DNA of 24,587 nucleotides, taken from positions 1-24,587 of IMG/VR virus record IMGVR_UViG_3300028178_000019; one strand, 5' to 3'. Below are positions 14,835 to 23,365 of the stretch, piece after piece (within the stretch, counting starts at the first letter, position 1; each line of letters opens with the position of its first letter). Source of the stretch: a virus (Duplodnaviria > Caudoviricetes). The notes beneath the pieces are model-generated. The model was given only the letters and a program-made list of their open reading frames with translations. It did no database searches and was not told the origin of the DNA. Position numbers and translations under genes: made by a program.

Positions 14835-15988
14835 GCTTTTTCCTCTTTAGACACGGATTTAATCGCGCCCTCTTTTTTAATGATTTTGTCCTTTATATGG
14901 TTTATCAATTGTATTTGTGTTTCAAAGTATAGATCCTTGTTTTTCTTCCACATCTCTACAAAATCTTTTTGAGAGCCACTACTTTTATCCATAGTATATT
15001 TAGTGGTGCCTTTTGTCATTAAACCATGATTAAGGAGTTCTGTTATAACTAATTTATGATCTATTATATCTCCTCTTGAAAACTCCAACTCAGGAATGTC
15101 CGCAGTTACCCTTATGAATTCACCGGATTCAGAAAGTTTTAAGGATTTGAATTTCTCAATGTAAAAGGAATGCTTCTGTGCCATGTGCAGATCTTTTTCT
15201 TTATCATAATATTTCTCTTTATCCTGGAGCGCTTTCTTTGAGATATGGATAGTAAGAGCAGAAAAGAAGCGTATAGCATAGCCCCCCGGTTGCGTTGTAG
15301 AGGGCCCGTAAAACACTCCTATATTAGCACGGAGTTGGTTAGTAAGAAGCACTAAACAAGGATGACCCCTTTTATATTCTTTACTTAACCTACTATTAAC
15401 CTTATTAATTAAATTGGTTACAAGTTTTGCTTGGTTTCCTATTACTTTATCATCAAGAGAAGAATCCATCATGTCAGATGGAAATAAAGCTGCTACTGAA
15501 TCTAAAATAACTAATCCACAATCATCTGCTCTTAATGAATAATCTATGATGTCTCCATACTGGTTGCCTGCGTCGCTCACATTTAGATAGTAATCTTCAG
15601 GATTGCACCCAATGCTCTGTGCCCAAAACTTATTAAAGGTCCCTTCAACATCGCACCATACAGACTTCATCCTTATTGAAGGGAGAGAACACTCGCATTG
15701 AGCTAAGGGCTTAAAACATCTCCAGCATATTTTTGCTACTTTTGCCATAGCAGACATAAGTAAAGAAGTCTTGCCTCCATGTTCCGGACCTTTAACTAGA
15801 GAATATTGATGTATAGGAAATCCGCCTCCAGTGGCATAGTCAAAAGTGAATATACCTGTAGGTAATCTTTGTGCATCGTCTAAAGCTTCGGTTCCCTGTA
15901 TACAGGATCTGTCCCCGTAACGCTCGTTGAGCTTTCCAGATATTGCTTGTAAATTAGCTACTTTAGCTAAATCTTTTAGTTCAGCCAT
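14795..15988 (-). CDS. recA: RecA/UvsX-like recombinase
   Basis: PTGIFTFDYATGGGFP, Walker A GPEHGGKT, DVEGT, LVILDSVAAL, NQLRANIG, PGGYAIRFFS. Confidence 0.9.
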   Translation of the reverse strand: MAELKDLAKVANLQAISGKLNERYGDRSCIQGTEALDDAQRLPTGIFTFDYATGGGFPIHQYSLVKGPEHGGKTSLLMSAMAKVAKICWRCFKPLAQCECSLPSIRMKSVWCDVEGTFNKFWAQSIGCNPEDYYLNVSDAGNQYGDIIDYSLRADDCGLVILDSVAALFPSDMMDSSLDDKVIGNQAKLVTNLINKVNSRLSKEYKRGHPCLVLLTNQLRANIGVFYGPSTTQPGGYAIRFFSALTIHISKKALQDKEKYYDKEKDLHMAQKHSFYIEKFKSLKLSESGEFIRVTADIPELEFSRGDIIDHKLVITELLNHGLMTKGTTKYTMDKSSGSQKDFVEMWKKNKDLYFETQIQLINHIKDKIIKKEGAIKSVSKEEKACLEDSAQVAEKQ

Positions 15989-16373
15989 TATTCACCAATC
16001 CCATGTGAGTTAACTTTCTTTCCATTATCTTATCAACAAGATCACTAGTCTGCTTATAAACGCTTCCTATTTCCTCAGTATAACAGGGGATACTTAAATC
16101 TATGGCTACGGTAATATTTCCCTCGTTTGGTCCTAAGGGTATATGTCTCTTAGCATGAACTGTAACCCTGGCAGGGGTTGTTACAAAAGGTCTTATCTTA
16201 ATTATTTTAGGTTCTTGTGTCTGTTTACCTACTACAGTTTGAGTTACTTCTAGATATCCTTCTTCGGAAATACTCTCAGCGGCAGGGGATATTTGATCTA
16301 TAGCTACTACCTTTTCTTCTGGTGCAGCGACTTCTTTGTCAATTTTTTTAATTGCTGGTTTTGCTTTTTTCAT
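15981..16373 (-). CDS. Hypothetical protein, 130 aa
   Basis: Operonic ORF overlapping both neighbours. Confidence 0.65.
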   Translation of the reverse strand: MKKAKPAIKKIDKEVAAPEEKVVAIDQISPAAESISEEGYLEVTQTVVGKQTQEPKIIKIRPFVTTPARVTVHAKRHIPLGPNEGNITVAIDLSIPCYTEEIGSVYKQTSDLVDKIMERKLTHMGLVNNG

Positions 16374-17731
16374 TTATTACGAACTTCCTTTATTTGTAAT
16401 CCACGTTCTTGATAAAATTTTATTCTGGACTGGGCACTATTTTTAGTTTCCTTGTAAAACATATCTATAAAATCTATTACTACTGGAGTTTTTTTACCTA
16501 CTAAGTATCTCTCTATTCTACCCAATGTCTGCCTCATATCAGTTCTAATAGTAGCAAGTATTAAGGTATCCATTCTAGGTATATCCGTACCCCTTGACAT
16601 CATACCATAACTCGCTAATATTATTGAGGATTCTTCTGCCGACTTATCTTTTTCTTCTTGCTTTAGCATCTTGCCATTTAAGGAACGCACAAAGTATCCA
16701 ATTCTTTTTGGGCTTATATTATATACCTTCACTAAAAGTTCTTTAATATTTTGTAATTGTTCTTTACGGTCTGACATTATAAGAGTCACTCTACCAGAAC
16801 TAAAACTTTTAGAGGCATAACTGGCTATAAGATCGTTTCTTACAGCATTTTTAGCAAGATTAGATATTAATACTCCTCTACGTTGAATATCTTTTAAGTA
16901 AGAGGGGATAAGGCCAGAGGATCCATAGAATCTATGAAGTACAACCATAGGTGCCATAGTTTTTGTATTCTTACATTTAATGCGAAATTGCGCTAAACTT
17001 TCTTCGAATATAACATGCAGCCCATCCATGCGCGTGGCAGAAGCAGTTACTCCTATTCTCCATTTAGCCGGAAACATTCCGGAGGCTGATGAGAATGTTT
17101 TAGGAGGAAGTGAACTATCACACTCATCAAAAAATATAACCCCAAAGCTATTTTTAAATTCATTGGTAGCTATTCTAGGAATTACTATGGAATGAATTAG
17201 TCCGATTACTACTTTTTTATTCTCATAATCAGCTTTACCGCCTTCTACTATTCCTATATCATCCTCAGTTAGGTCGGTAAATTGTAAAATTCTATCTTTC
17301 CATTGTTTTACAAGATCACTCTTGGGAACTACTATTAAAGCATTAGTATGAAGTAATGAAAGCATTTTTAAGCCCATTACTGTTTTACCTGACCCGGGGG
17401 CTGCCTCTAAAAAAAATCCGGTGGCTCCTTTATCCAACAGTGCGGTAAATTCATTTATAGCTTTAGTCTGATAATCCCATAAATTTCCCTTAAATCTAAA
17501 GTCTACTTTGCTTCCTATAATTCTATTATCTATAATAGTTTCAGCCATTTCCTTGCTTAAACGTAAAGCATGGCGGGGGATTCCTATATAGTCTGAAGTT
17601 TCTTTATAATAAGGGATAGTAGGGCTATTCTTGTATTTACCAGTAATAGTGTATCTCTGTTTATAATCGGAAACATTTATTTCCGCTTTAGGAATATACA
17701 AATATTCGGATAGTATTACCTTTTTAAACAT
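16370..17731 (-). CDS. Superfamily 2 helicase (UvsW/XPB-like)
   Basis: LWDYQ, APGSGKT, DECD, TASATRMDG, RGTDIP, QTLGRIER. Confidence 0.9.
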   Translation of the reverse strand: MFKKVILSEYLYIPKAEINVSDYKQRYTITGKYKNSPTIPYYKETSDYIGIPRHALRLSKEMAETIIDNRIIGSKVDFRFKGNLWDYQTKAINEFTALLDKGATGFFLEAAPGSGKTVMGLKMLSLLHTNALIVVPKSDLVKQWKDRILQFTDLTEDDIGIVEGGKADYENKKVVIGLIHSIVIPRIATNEFKNSFGVIFFDECDSSLPPKTFSSASGMFPAKWRIGVTASATRMDGLHVIFEESLAQFRIKCKNTKTMAPMVVLHRFYGSSGLIPSYLKDIQRRGVLISNLAKNAVRNDLIASYASKSFSSGRVTLIMSDRKEQLQNIKELLVKVYNISPKRIGYFVRSLNGKMLKQEEKDKSAEESSIILASYGMMSRGTDIPRMDTLILATIRTDMRQTLGRIERYLVGKKTPVVIDFIDMFYKETKNSAQSRIKFYQERGLQIKEVRNK

Positions 17732-17758
17732 GAAATAGCCCTAACTACAACCTGCTAA

Positions 17759-18577
17759 TTAAAGCAGATCATTGAGATCGTCTTTTTTGGGGTCTGTAGT
17801 CGATTCTGACGAGACTTCTTCTTCGTCTATAGTTTCATCAGTATCTTCAAAGAAGTCCTCTGTAGTTTCAGATACGGGGGCTTTTTCTTCAAGTCCCAAA
17901 CCAAACTCATCCTCAAGCTCGGTGGACTCATCCGCTCCCATAGGATCGCCTATACCGGCAATAACTCTAAGTTCTTTATCAGACTTAGGGGCCAATACTG
18001 TAAAGTAATCAATAGGTTTAAGAAATTCCTTAGGATCGGCTTCGATCTTTTTGGCTATAGCTTCGAGGGCTGATATAGTAACCTTTTTACCTAAAGAGAA
18101 ATATTCCCCACAAGCCACAGACTGTTTATCAGTGTCACGTTCAATCTCCATAGAGTAATGTGTAAGATCTACTTTATTACCCTCTAGGAATTGGCGCATA
18201 ACCGCCCTAATACCTTTACCCTTCAAAACTAGCAAAACTTTCTGAAACTGATATTCTTTACCAGTTTTCTGACTAATAGTTTTGCGGGTATCTATAACTG
18301 TAGATACTAGAATAGGACTACGTTTATTATTAATCATACAAAGAGGACAAGTTTCAGTGTCAGAGGTACAAGTAAAGGTTTCCCATCTACCATCTACCTG
18401 GACACTATGCTCATAGAGCCACGTTGTAGGATTTTCCAAAAAAATAACTTTAGCCTTCTCAGTTGGTTTTAGTCTAAAGCGACGGATGTTTGTTTGTTTT
18501 GTTGTAATTGCTCTCAGAGCTTCCATTTCTTTGAATTTTTGTTGGCCTGCTAGGCCGGTGCTGTACCAGTTTGACAT
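17759..18577 (-). CDS. Probable single-stranded DNA-binding protein (gp32-like)
   Basis: H...C...CPLC Zn ligands, very acidic C-terminal tail ending DLL, located next to primase and helicase; ATG 18577 has an AAAGGT RBS (track start is GTG 18595). Confidence 0.7.
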   Translation of the reverse strand: MSNWYSTGLAGQQKFKEMEALRAITTKQTNIRRFRLKPTEKAKVIFLENPTTWLYEHSVQVDGRWETFTCTSDTETCPLCMINNKRSPILVSTVIDTRKTISQKTGKEYQFQKVLLVLKGKGIRAVMRQFLEGNKVDLTHYSMEIERDTDKQSVACGEYFSLGKKVTISALEAIAKKIEADPKEFLKPIDYFTVLAPKSDKELRVIAGIGDPMGADESTELEDEFGLGLEEKAPVSETTEDFFEDTDETIDEEEVSSESTTDPKKDDLNDLL

Positions 18578-18613
18578 ACTTGGTTTACCTTTCACAAGTT
18601 TTATTTGAATAAT

Positions 18614-18642
18614 AGCTTATCATATTTTTTAATGCTTGTCAA
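18614..18642 (-). promoter_or_regulatory. sigma70/sigmaA-type promoter
   Basis: TTGACA-agcattaaaaaataTGa-TAAGCT with 17-bp spacer. Confidence 0.75.
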
Positions 18643-18658
18643 GCTTTTTTTTCATTGA

Positions 18659-18676
18659 TTTGCAATCAATTGCAAA
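18659..18676. promoter_or_regulatory. Palindromic operator-like site TTTGCAAT-CA-ATTGCAAA, copy 2
   Basis: 8-bp perfect arms; intergenic, upstream of the -35. Confidence 0.6.
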
Positions 18677-18681
18677 TTTTG

Positions 18682-19782
18682 TTAAAAATATTTTCTATGT
18701 CGCGCTTTCTTATCCACGAGAACTTTTTTATTAATTGCTCGGACTATGTCCAAGCGATTTTCTGCCTCTCCTGGGTCCTTTCCTCCGGCATTTTCCCAGT
18801 TTATAACGTGAACTAATTTTCCATTAGAGATATCTATTAACTTTTTTGTGGCCCTCCTTCCTGCATCATCATTATCAAAACCCACCCAGAGATTTGGGGA
18901 GGGTATATTATAAATTTGAGTTTTAGAAAAACTGGCAGAAGTAGTTGCAATTACGTTGTTGAATCCATATGTTTTTAACAATAGACAATCTGTTTCAGAT
19001 TCCACTATAATAGTAGGCTTGGCGGCAGTGACCCTATTAAGACCAAAGCATGCCCCGCTGTTTCTTATAGTGGGAAGCGCATATTTATCTCCAAATTGTT
19101 TTGGGGAAATAGTAAACATAATTTTAGCGTTAACATCACACACCCGTGCCCTTAATACTTGAATATTTCCTTTTATATCAGTGAGTGGAAATATTATTAG
19201 GTTCCTTTGCTTATTGTATCTTATTTCCATTTCTGCAATAATTGACAATGAGATACCTCTAACATTAACGAGATAGTCCTTCATACTCATTGCCACACTA
19301 TCATTATTTTCCACTAATAATGGAAACTTTTTCAACAATTGTAGTGGAAAAATAGGAGGTATTTCTTCCTTCTGTTGCTGCTCTGATACTTTAGGAATAA
19401 CCCATTTATTAAACTTTAATGTCCCCTCTTTTGCATCTTCTTCAAAGAGCGCATCGTCTTCCCTCTCATTTTCATTAGGGGCAGATATTTCATACGCTTG
19501 ATAATGAGCGGCTAATCTTTTATCCTTATACTCATTATACATAGACTTTTGAACAATTAAGCTTAAGAGCTTAACGGGAGTAGGCGTGCAGGAAAAACAT
19601 TTAAAAACAGAATTTCCAGTTGGATTTATAGAAATACCTGCACTTGGATGATAATCCTGTCCCGAAGAATGTTTATGGGATGCGAGAGGACAGGGCACAT
19701 TAACCCAGTCATCCCTAACAACCATAGCGCTGTCATCATATCCCATAAGACGTAAAAGCTTTATAATATTAATTTCTTTCAA
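18682..19782 (-). CDS. DNA primase (Zn finger plus TOPRIM)
   Basis: CPLASHKH...FKCFSC; IIFPLTD; IIVESETD; GFDNDDAG; KDPGE. Confidence 0.88.
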   Translation of the reverse strand: MKEINIIKLLRLMGYDDSAMVVRDDWVNVPCPLASHKHSSGQDYHPSAGISINPTGNSVFKCFSCTPTPVKLLSLIVQKSMYNEYKDKRLAAHYQAYEISAPNENEREDDALFEEDAKEGTLKFNKWVIPKVSEQQQKEEIPPIFPLQLLKKFPLLVENNDSVAMSMKDYLVNVRGISLSIIAEMEIRYNKQRNLIIFPLTDIKGNIQVLRARVCDVNAKIMFTISPKQFGDKYALPTIRNSGACFGLNRVTAAKPTIIVESETDCLLLKTYGFNNVIATTSASFSKTQIYNIPSPNLWVGFDNDDAGRRATKKLIDISNGKLVHVINWENAGGKDPGEAENRLDIVRAINKKVLVDKKARHRKYF

Positions 19783-19792
19783 TTAAAGCCTG

Positions 19793-21073
19793 CTATTCTA
19801 TAGGATCTAAAGCTATGTGACCCGTATCTGCATTTTGTACCTGTTCGGTGTCTGAAGCCTGAATAATTCTAGTATGTTCTGTATCTAAAACTATTATAGT
19901 GCTACCTTCTTCCCCGTCTCTTCCCTTTGTAATATTTAACAGTTTAGCTTTTTGACTCATGTCCCAGGTTGCTCCTGAAGCATCTTCATAGTCTGATAAC
20001 TCTATAACTATACTAGATAGTTGTCTAACTACATCACTCTGATATATATCTTCAGTCTTTTTATTTAATTGATAAGTTGCAAATATTGGAATATTTAATT
20101 CCTTGGCCAGCGTTTTCAGAGATTCAGCTACGGAGGATACTATTTCATATCTAGATTTAGCATAAAACTCTGGTTTCAATAAATAAGCACCGTCAATATA
20201 AATTGCGTCCGGCTTATATACATAAGCTGAAGATTTAACATCTAATATTCCTAGGCTCATAGAAGAATCTGTCATATAGAATTTGTTAGGCATTTCGGAC
20301 AAAAGTTGTTTATCATATTTTATTACTTCTTCCCCTATTAAAGTAGATAGTCCTCCAAATTTTATTCTATTTACACTGATATTATTTCTTAACGCTATTG
20401 CTCTTCTATGATATTGAACTTCAGACATTTCTGTAGGAATAAATAAAATAGAGCTGCCTTGGGCATGTGCAGCTAATGCCATATGCATTAATAGAAAGGT
20501 CTTTGCTGCCCCTGGTCTTCCGGCCAGAGTCACTAAGTCTCCTCCCTGAGCTCCTCCAGATCTATTATCTAAAAAACTTAAACCAAAAGGAACTCCAAAT
20601 TCTCTAATATTTAATCTAGCTTTTCTAGACATGTCTAAAATATTATCAATGGTGTCTTCCAGAGAATATACTTTAGTTTTTGTTTGACCTTCTATTAAAA
20701 TTCTAGTAAGAGTAGAAGCAATATTAGCAGCGCTATCAATATCTCCGTCTGATATTTTAGACATGGCTTCTTTGCAGAGAGAAAAGGAATTTTCTACTGC
20801 ATATCTTTTTCTAACCTCGTCCGCCCAAAACTGAATATTGCTTTCTACAGGAATTCCTGGAAGAGTATACCCTGTTTCTATTTCTATTAAAGATTTAGTA
20901 GGTATTTCTTTATAGAGTTCAACATGCTTAGACATTACGTCTAAAACACGCTGCTCCTCTTTGGTGAAAAACTCGCGCATTAATCTAAAAGCGGATAAAA
21001 AAGATAAAGGTCCTTTATTATCAATCACAGCGAGTGAAAATAATAATCCCGTAGTCGGCTCTAGTTGTTTCAA
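19793..21073 (-). CDS. DnaB-like replicative helicase
   Basis: Walker A GRPGAAKT, PTEM, IYIDGAYL, LKTLAKELNIPI, QLN, KGRDG. Confidence 0.9.
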   Translation of the reverse strand: MKQLEPTTGLLFSLAVIDNKGPLSFLSAFRLMREFFTKEEQRVLDVMSKHVELYKEIPTKSLIEIETGYTLPGIPVESNIQFWADEVRKRYAVENSFSLCKEAMSKISDGDIDSAANIASTLTRILIEGQTKTKVYSLEDTIDNILDMSRKARLNIREFGVPFGLSFLDNRSGGAQGGDLVTLAGRPGAAKTFLLMHMALAAHAQGSSILFIPTEMSEVQYHRRAIALRNNISVNRIKFGGLSTLIGEEVIKYDKQLLSEMPNKFYMTDSSMSLGILDVKSSAYVYKPDAIYIDGAYLLKPEFYAKSRYEIVSSVAESLKTLAKELNIPIFATYQLNKKTEDIYQSDVVRQLSSIVIELSDYEDASGATWDMSQKAKLLNITKGRDGEEGSTIIVLDTEHTRIIQASDTEQVQNADTGHIALDPIE

Positions 21074-21074
21074 T

Positions 21075-21740
21075 CTATCTCTCCCATAGTGATTTTTTGC
21101 TTTCTCTTACTTTTATAAAGAGAGGCGCTACATTTGTTTCAAAAGTTTGTGCAAAAGAAGGAGAATAAAAAGTCCGTAACTTATACATTGCATCTTCAGC
21201 GGCATCAAAGAAATCACTCTTTATGGTATGAGAAGTGAAAACTACTTTCCGTTTAAATATTAATGGATCAAACAATCCCTCAAGGGAAGCAGCAAAAGCA
21301 GATAATCTATTATCTCCATGAAACATATTACTAATTACAATTAAATTTTTATCTAGGGATTTTGATATTTCTTCATTTTGTTCCCTATCTACTATCCTAT
21401 CTAAAAGAAATTTTATAGCTACTTTATACACAGACTGTCCCGTATTATTAAGGGCATATAGTATAGGAAAAAATTTATGAATGTCCCACAATAACTCAGC
21501 ATCGTCGATTAATACTATAACTGCGTTATGTTTATCTAATCCTTCCTGAATATAGTTACAATGACTCAAAAATTTTGGATTTTTCGTTAAAAAAGGAGAA
21601 AGAGATTCCATATCCCTTCCGAAACCGTGTTCATTTAATTTACACTTTATGCTTCTATATAGAGAAGCAGAAGATGAATCATCCCATTCTGGGTAACAGG
21701 TATCTAATTCTAAGATACTTTTATAATTTGCACCGTCCAT
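21075..21740 (-). CDS. Hypothetical protein, possibly a degenerate DnaC/IstB-like helicase loader
   Basis: Directly upstream of the helicase; LIVISN and VVFTSH strands recall Walker B and sensor 1, but no Walker A is visible. Confidence 0.5.
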   Translation of the reverse strand: MDGANYKSILELDTCYPEWDDSSSASLYRSIKCKLNEHGFGRDMESLSPFLTKNPKFLSHCNYIQEGLDKHNAVIVLIDDAELLWDIHKFFPILYALNNTGQSVYKVAIKFLLDRIVDREQNEEISKSLDKNLIVISNMFHGDNRLSAFAASLEGLFDPLIFKRKVVFTSHTIKSDFFDAAEDAMYKLRTFYSPSFAQTFETNVAPLFIKVRESKKSLWER

Positions 21741-22128
21741 CTAAATCCTCCTGTATTTTGAACATAAGTTCAATATGGTTTAAATGCTCATGAGTTGAAT
21801 TAATAATTCGTAACGCTGATAGAAATAGGTCTAAATTATTTTTTATAACGAAAATATTGAAAACCTGTAAGTTCCATATCTTTACTCCCTTCAGTCTTAA
21901 TACTCTACATATCAAAATATAGTATTCAATAAGTTGTTCGAATTTTTTGTAATCCTGATTAATTTTTAATAAAATTCCTTTATAAGCTCCATTCCATGCT
22001 CGCTTATGTTCCACTGGAATTTCTTCCAATTCTAAATAATACTTATCACACAAAGTCTTTAAGAAAGATAGCGACACTTTCGAGGGCGCTTTTTTAGGTT
22101 CAGGCTTTTGTAAATCTTTCAGCAACAT
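21721..22128 (-). CDS. Hypothetical protein, first gene of the leftward operon
   Basis: ATG ORF immediately downstream of a promoter. Confidence 0.65.
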   Translation of the reverse strand: MLLKDLQKPEPKKAPSKVSLSFLKTLCDKYYLELEEIPVEHKRAWNGAYKGILLKINQDYKKFEQLIEYYILICRVLRLKGVKIWNLQVFNIFVIKNNLDLFLSALRIINSTHEHLNHIELMFKIQEDLDGRCKL

Positions 22129-22134
22129 GAGTAG

Positions 22135-22163
22135 TCTTTACCACAATTTTTTTCTTTTGTCAA
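22135..22163 (-). promoter_or_regulatory. Promoter for the replication operon
   Basis: TTGACA, 17-bp spacer ending TGTGG, TAAAGA (weak -10 with extended TG). Confidence 0.55.
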
Positions 22164-22217
22164 GTTTTATTTTCGAGGGGAGAGGGGCGAGCGCAATGGG
22201 TGAGGGGTCTTTTCTTT

Positions 22218-22510
22218 CTTATCCCTCCGGGATAAGTGTAAAAATTAAAAGATAAAAAAATTTTTTCTTCTTACTTTGGATGATTAAGGAAATTTTTTCT
22301 TTCTTTTCTCCTAGTGGCTGGAGGTGTGAAAAAATTTTCTCTTTTTACCCTGGCTGATTAAGGGAAGAAAAAGAAAAATTTTCTTACGATTTTCCAGAGA
22401 AAAAATTTTTTCTCTTCTCTTATATGGTAGAGTATAGGTCTCTATAGTGTAATGACTATATTTACTATTCTTTTCTTTTACTATATATATACTATATATA
22501 TACTATTCTT
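22218..22510. repeat. AT-rich repeat region, candidate replication origin
   Basis: CTTATCCC-tcc-GGGATAAG inverted repeat; five A-tract/T-tract-CT units; TGG(A/C)TGATTAAGG twice (22277, 22351); tandem ACTATATATAT. Confidence 0.5.
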
Positions 22511-22553
22511 AATACTATCTTAAAAAAAATTCTTCGCTCCAATACTGCAAACA

Positions 22554-22582
22554 GTTATATCATATTTTTTAAACCTTGTCAA
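22554..22582 (-). promoter_or_regulatory. Leftward promoter reading into the non-coding repeat region
   Basis: TTGACA-aggtttaaaaaataTGa-TATAAC, same family as the other leftward promoters. Confidence 0.6.
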
Positions 22583-22671
22583 GTAAAAAATGCACGCTTT
22601 TGAAAATAAATTTTATTTCTTATGAAACGCAGTCTTTTTAATATTAATTTAAAATTAGTAGCACTTTTTTC

Positions 22672-22701
22672 TTGACATTAGATACGCCGACAGATTATTT
22701 T
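22672..22701 (+). promoter_or_regulatory. Possible rightward promoter for head genes
   Basis: TTGACA at 22672-22677, TATTTT after an 18-bp spacer; the -10 is weak. Confidence 0.4.
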
Positions 22702-22763
22702 AAAGAATCAATGGGTTATGATTTTACTCAATATTATACCTCAAAAGGCACCGTAAAGCAAGC

Positions 22764-23360
22764 ATGATTGATAGAAAATTAATAATTAAAGACGACAAAG
22801 AGTATGAACGTGTTGTTTTTGGTGAGATATATGTCCCCGGGCAGGAAGATGCTCACGGCGACATTATGACAGCGGAAGAGATAAAAAAAGCCGCTTACGG
22901 TTTTATGAAAAATCAGCGCACTCATAATATTGATTTAATGCATAATAATGAACCCACAGGGGATTATTTAGTTGAAACTTTTATAGCGCGCTCTTCGGAT
23001 CCAGATGGTTTCGTAGAAGGCTCTTGGGTGGGCGCTACTAAAATAGAATCAGATGAAGTATGGGATAAAATTCTTAAAGGTGAAATAAATTGCTATTCTT
23101 TGGAGGGTCTTACTAATTTAGATCAAAAAGTTGAGACGGTTCAACGTGTAGTGGAGGCTGAGGGGGAGACTCAAGAAAATTTAGATGAATTAATTCCACC
23201 CCATTCTCATTCCTTTAGCATAAAATTTGATGATGAAAATAAAATAATAGTAACAAATACAGGAATATCGCACGGGCATAATCATATTATAAGATCTGCT
23301 TCAACCACTGAAGTTAGATTTGGACACGCCCATAGATATTCCTTCAATGAGGTGGTATAA
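22764..23360 (+). CDS. XkdF-like prohead serine protease
   Basis: VFGEIYVPGQEDAHGDIMTAEEIKKAAYGFM, IDLMH, GSWV, VWDKILKGEINCYSLEG; C-terminal HxH repeats. Confidence 0.85.
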   Translation: MIDRKLIIKDDKEYERVVFGEIYVPGQEDAHGDIMTAEEIKKAAYGFMKNQRTHNIDLMHNNEPTGDYLVETFIARSSDPDGFVEGSWVGATKIESDEVWDKILKGEINCYSLEGLTNLDQKVETVQRVVEAEGETQENLDELIPPHSHSFSIKFDDENKIIVTNTGISHGHNHIIRSASTTEVRFGHAHRYSFNEVV

Positions 23361-23365
23361 ATAAA

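Noticed and set aside
4068-21793. Plus-strand ORFs in the track (e.g. 4068-4349, 8031-8357, 8839-9201, 11755-12099, 13647-14030)
   Set aside because: Antisense shadows of well-supported minus-strand genes, with no recognisable motifs.
22683-22689. Isolated TACGCCG matching the Y-RNA motif
   Set aside because: No flanking stems or GAAGTA motif; probably chance.
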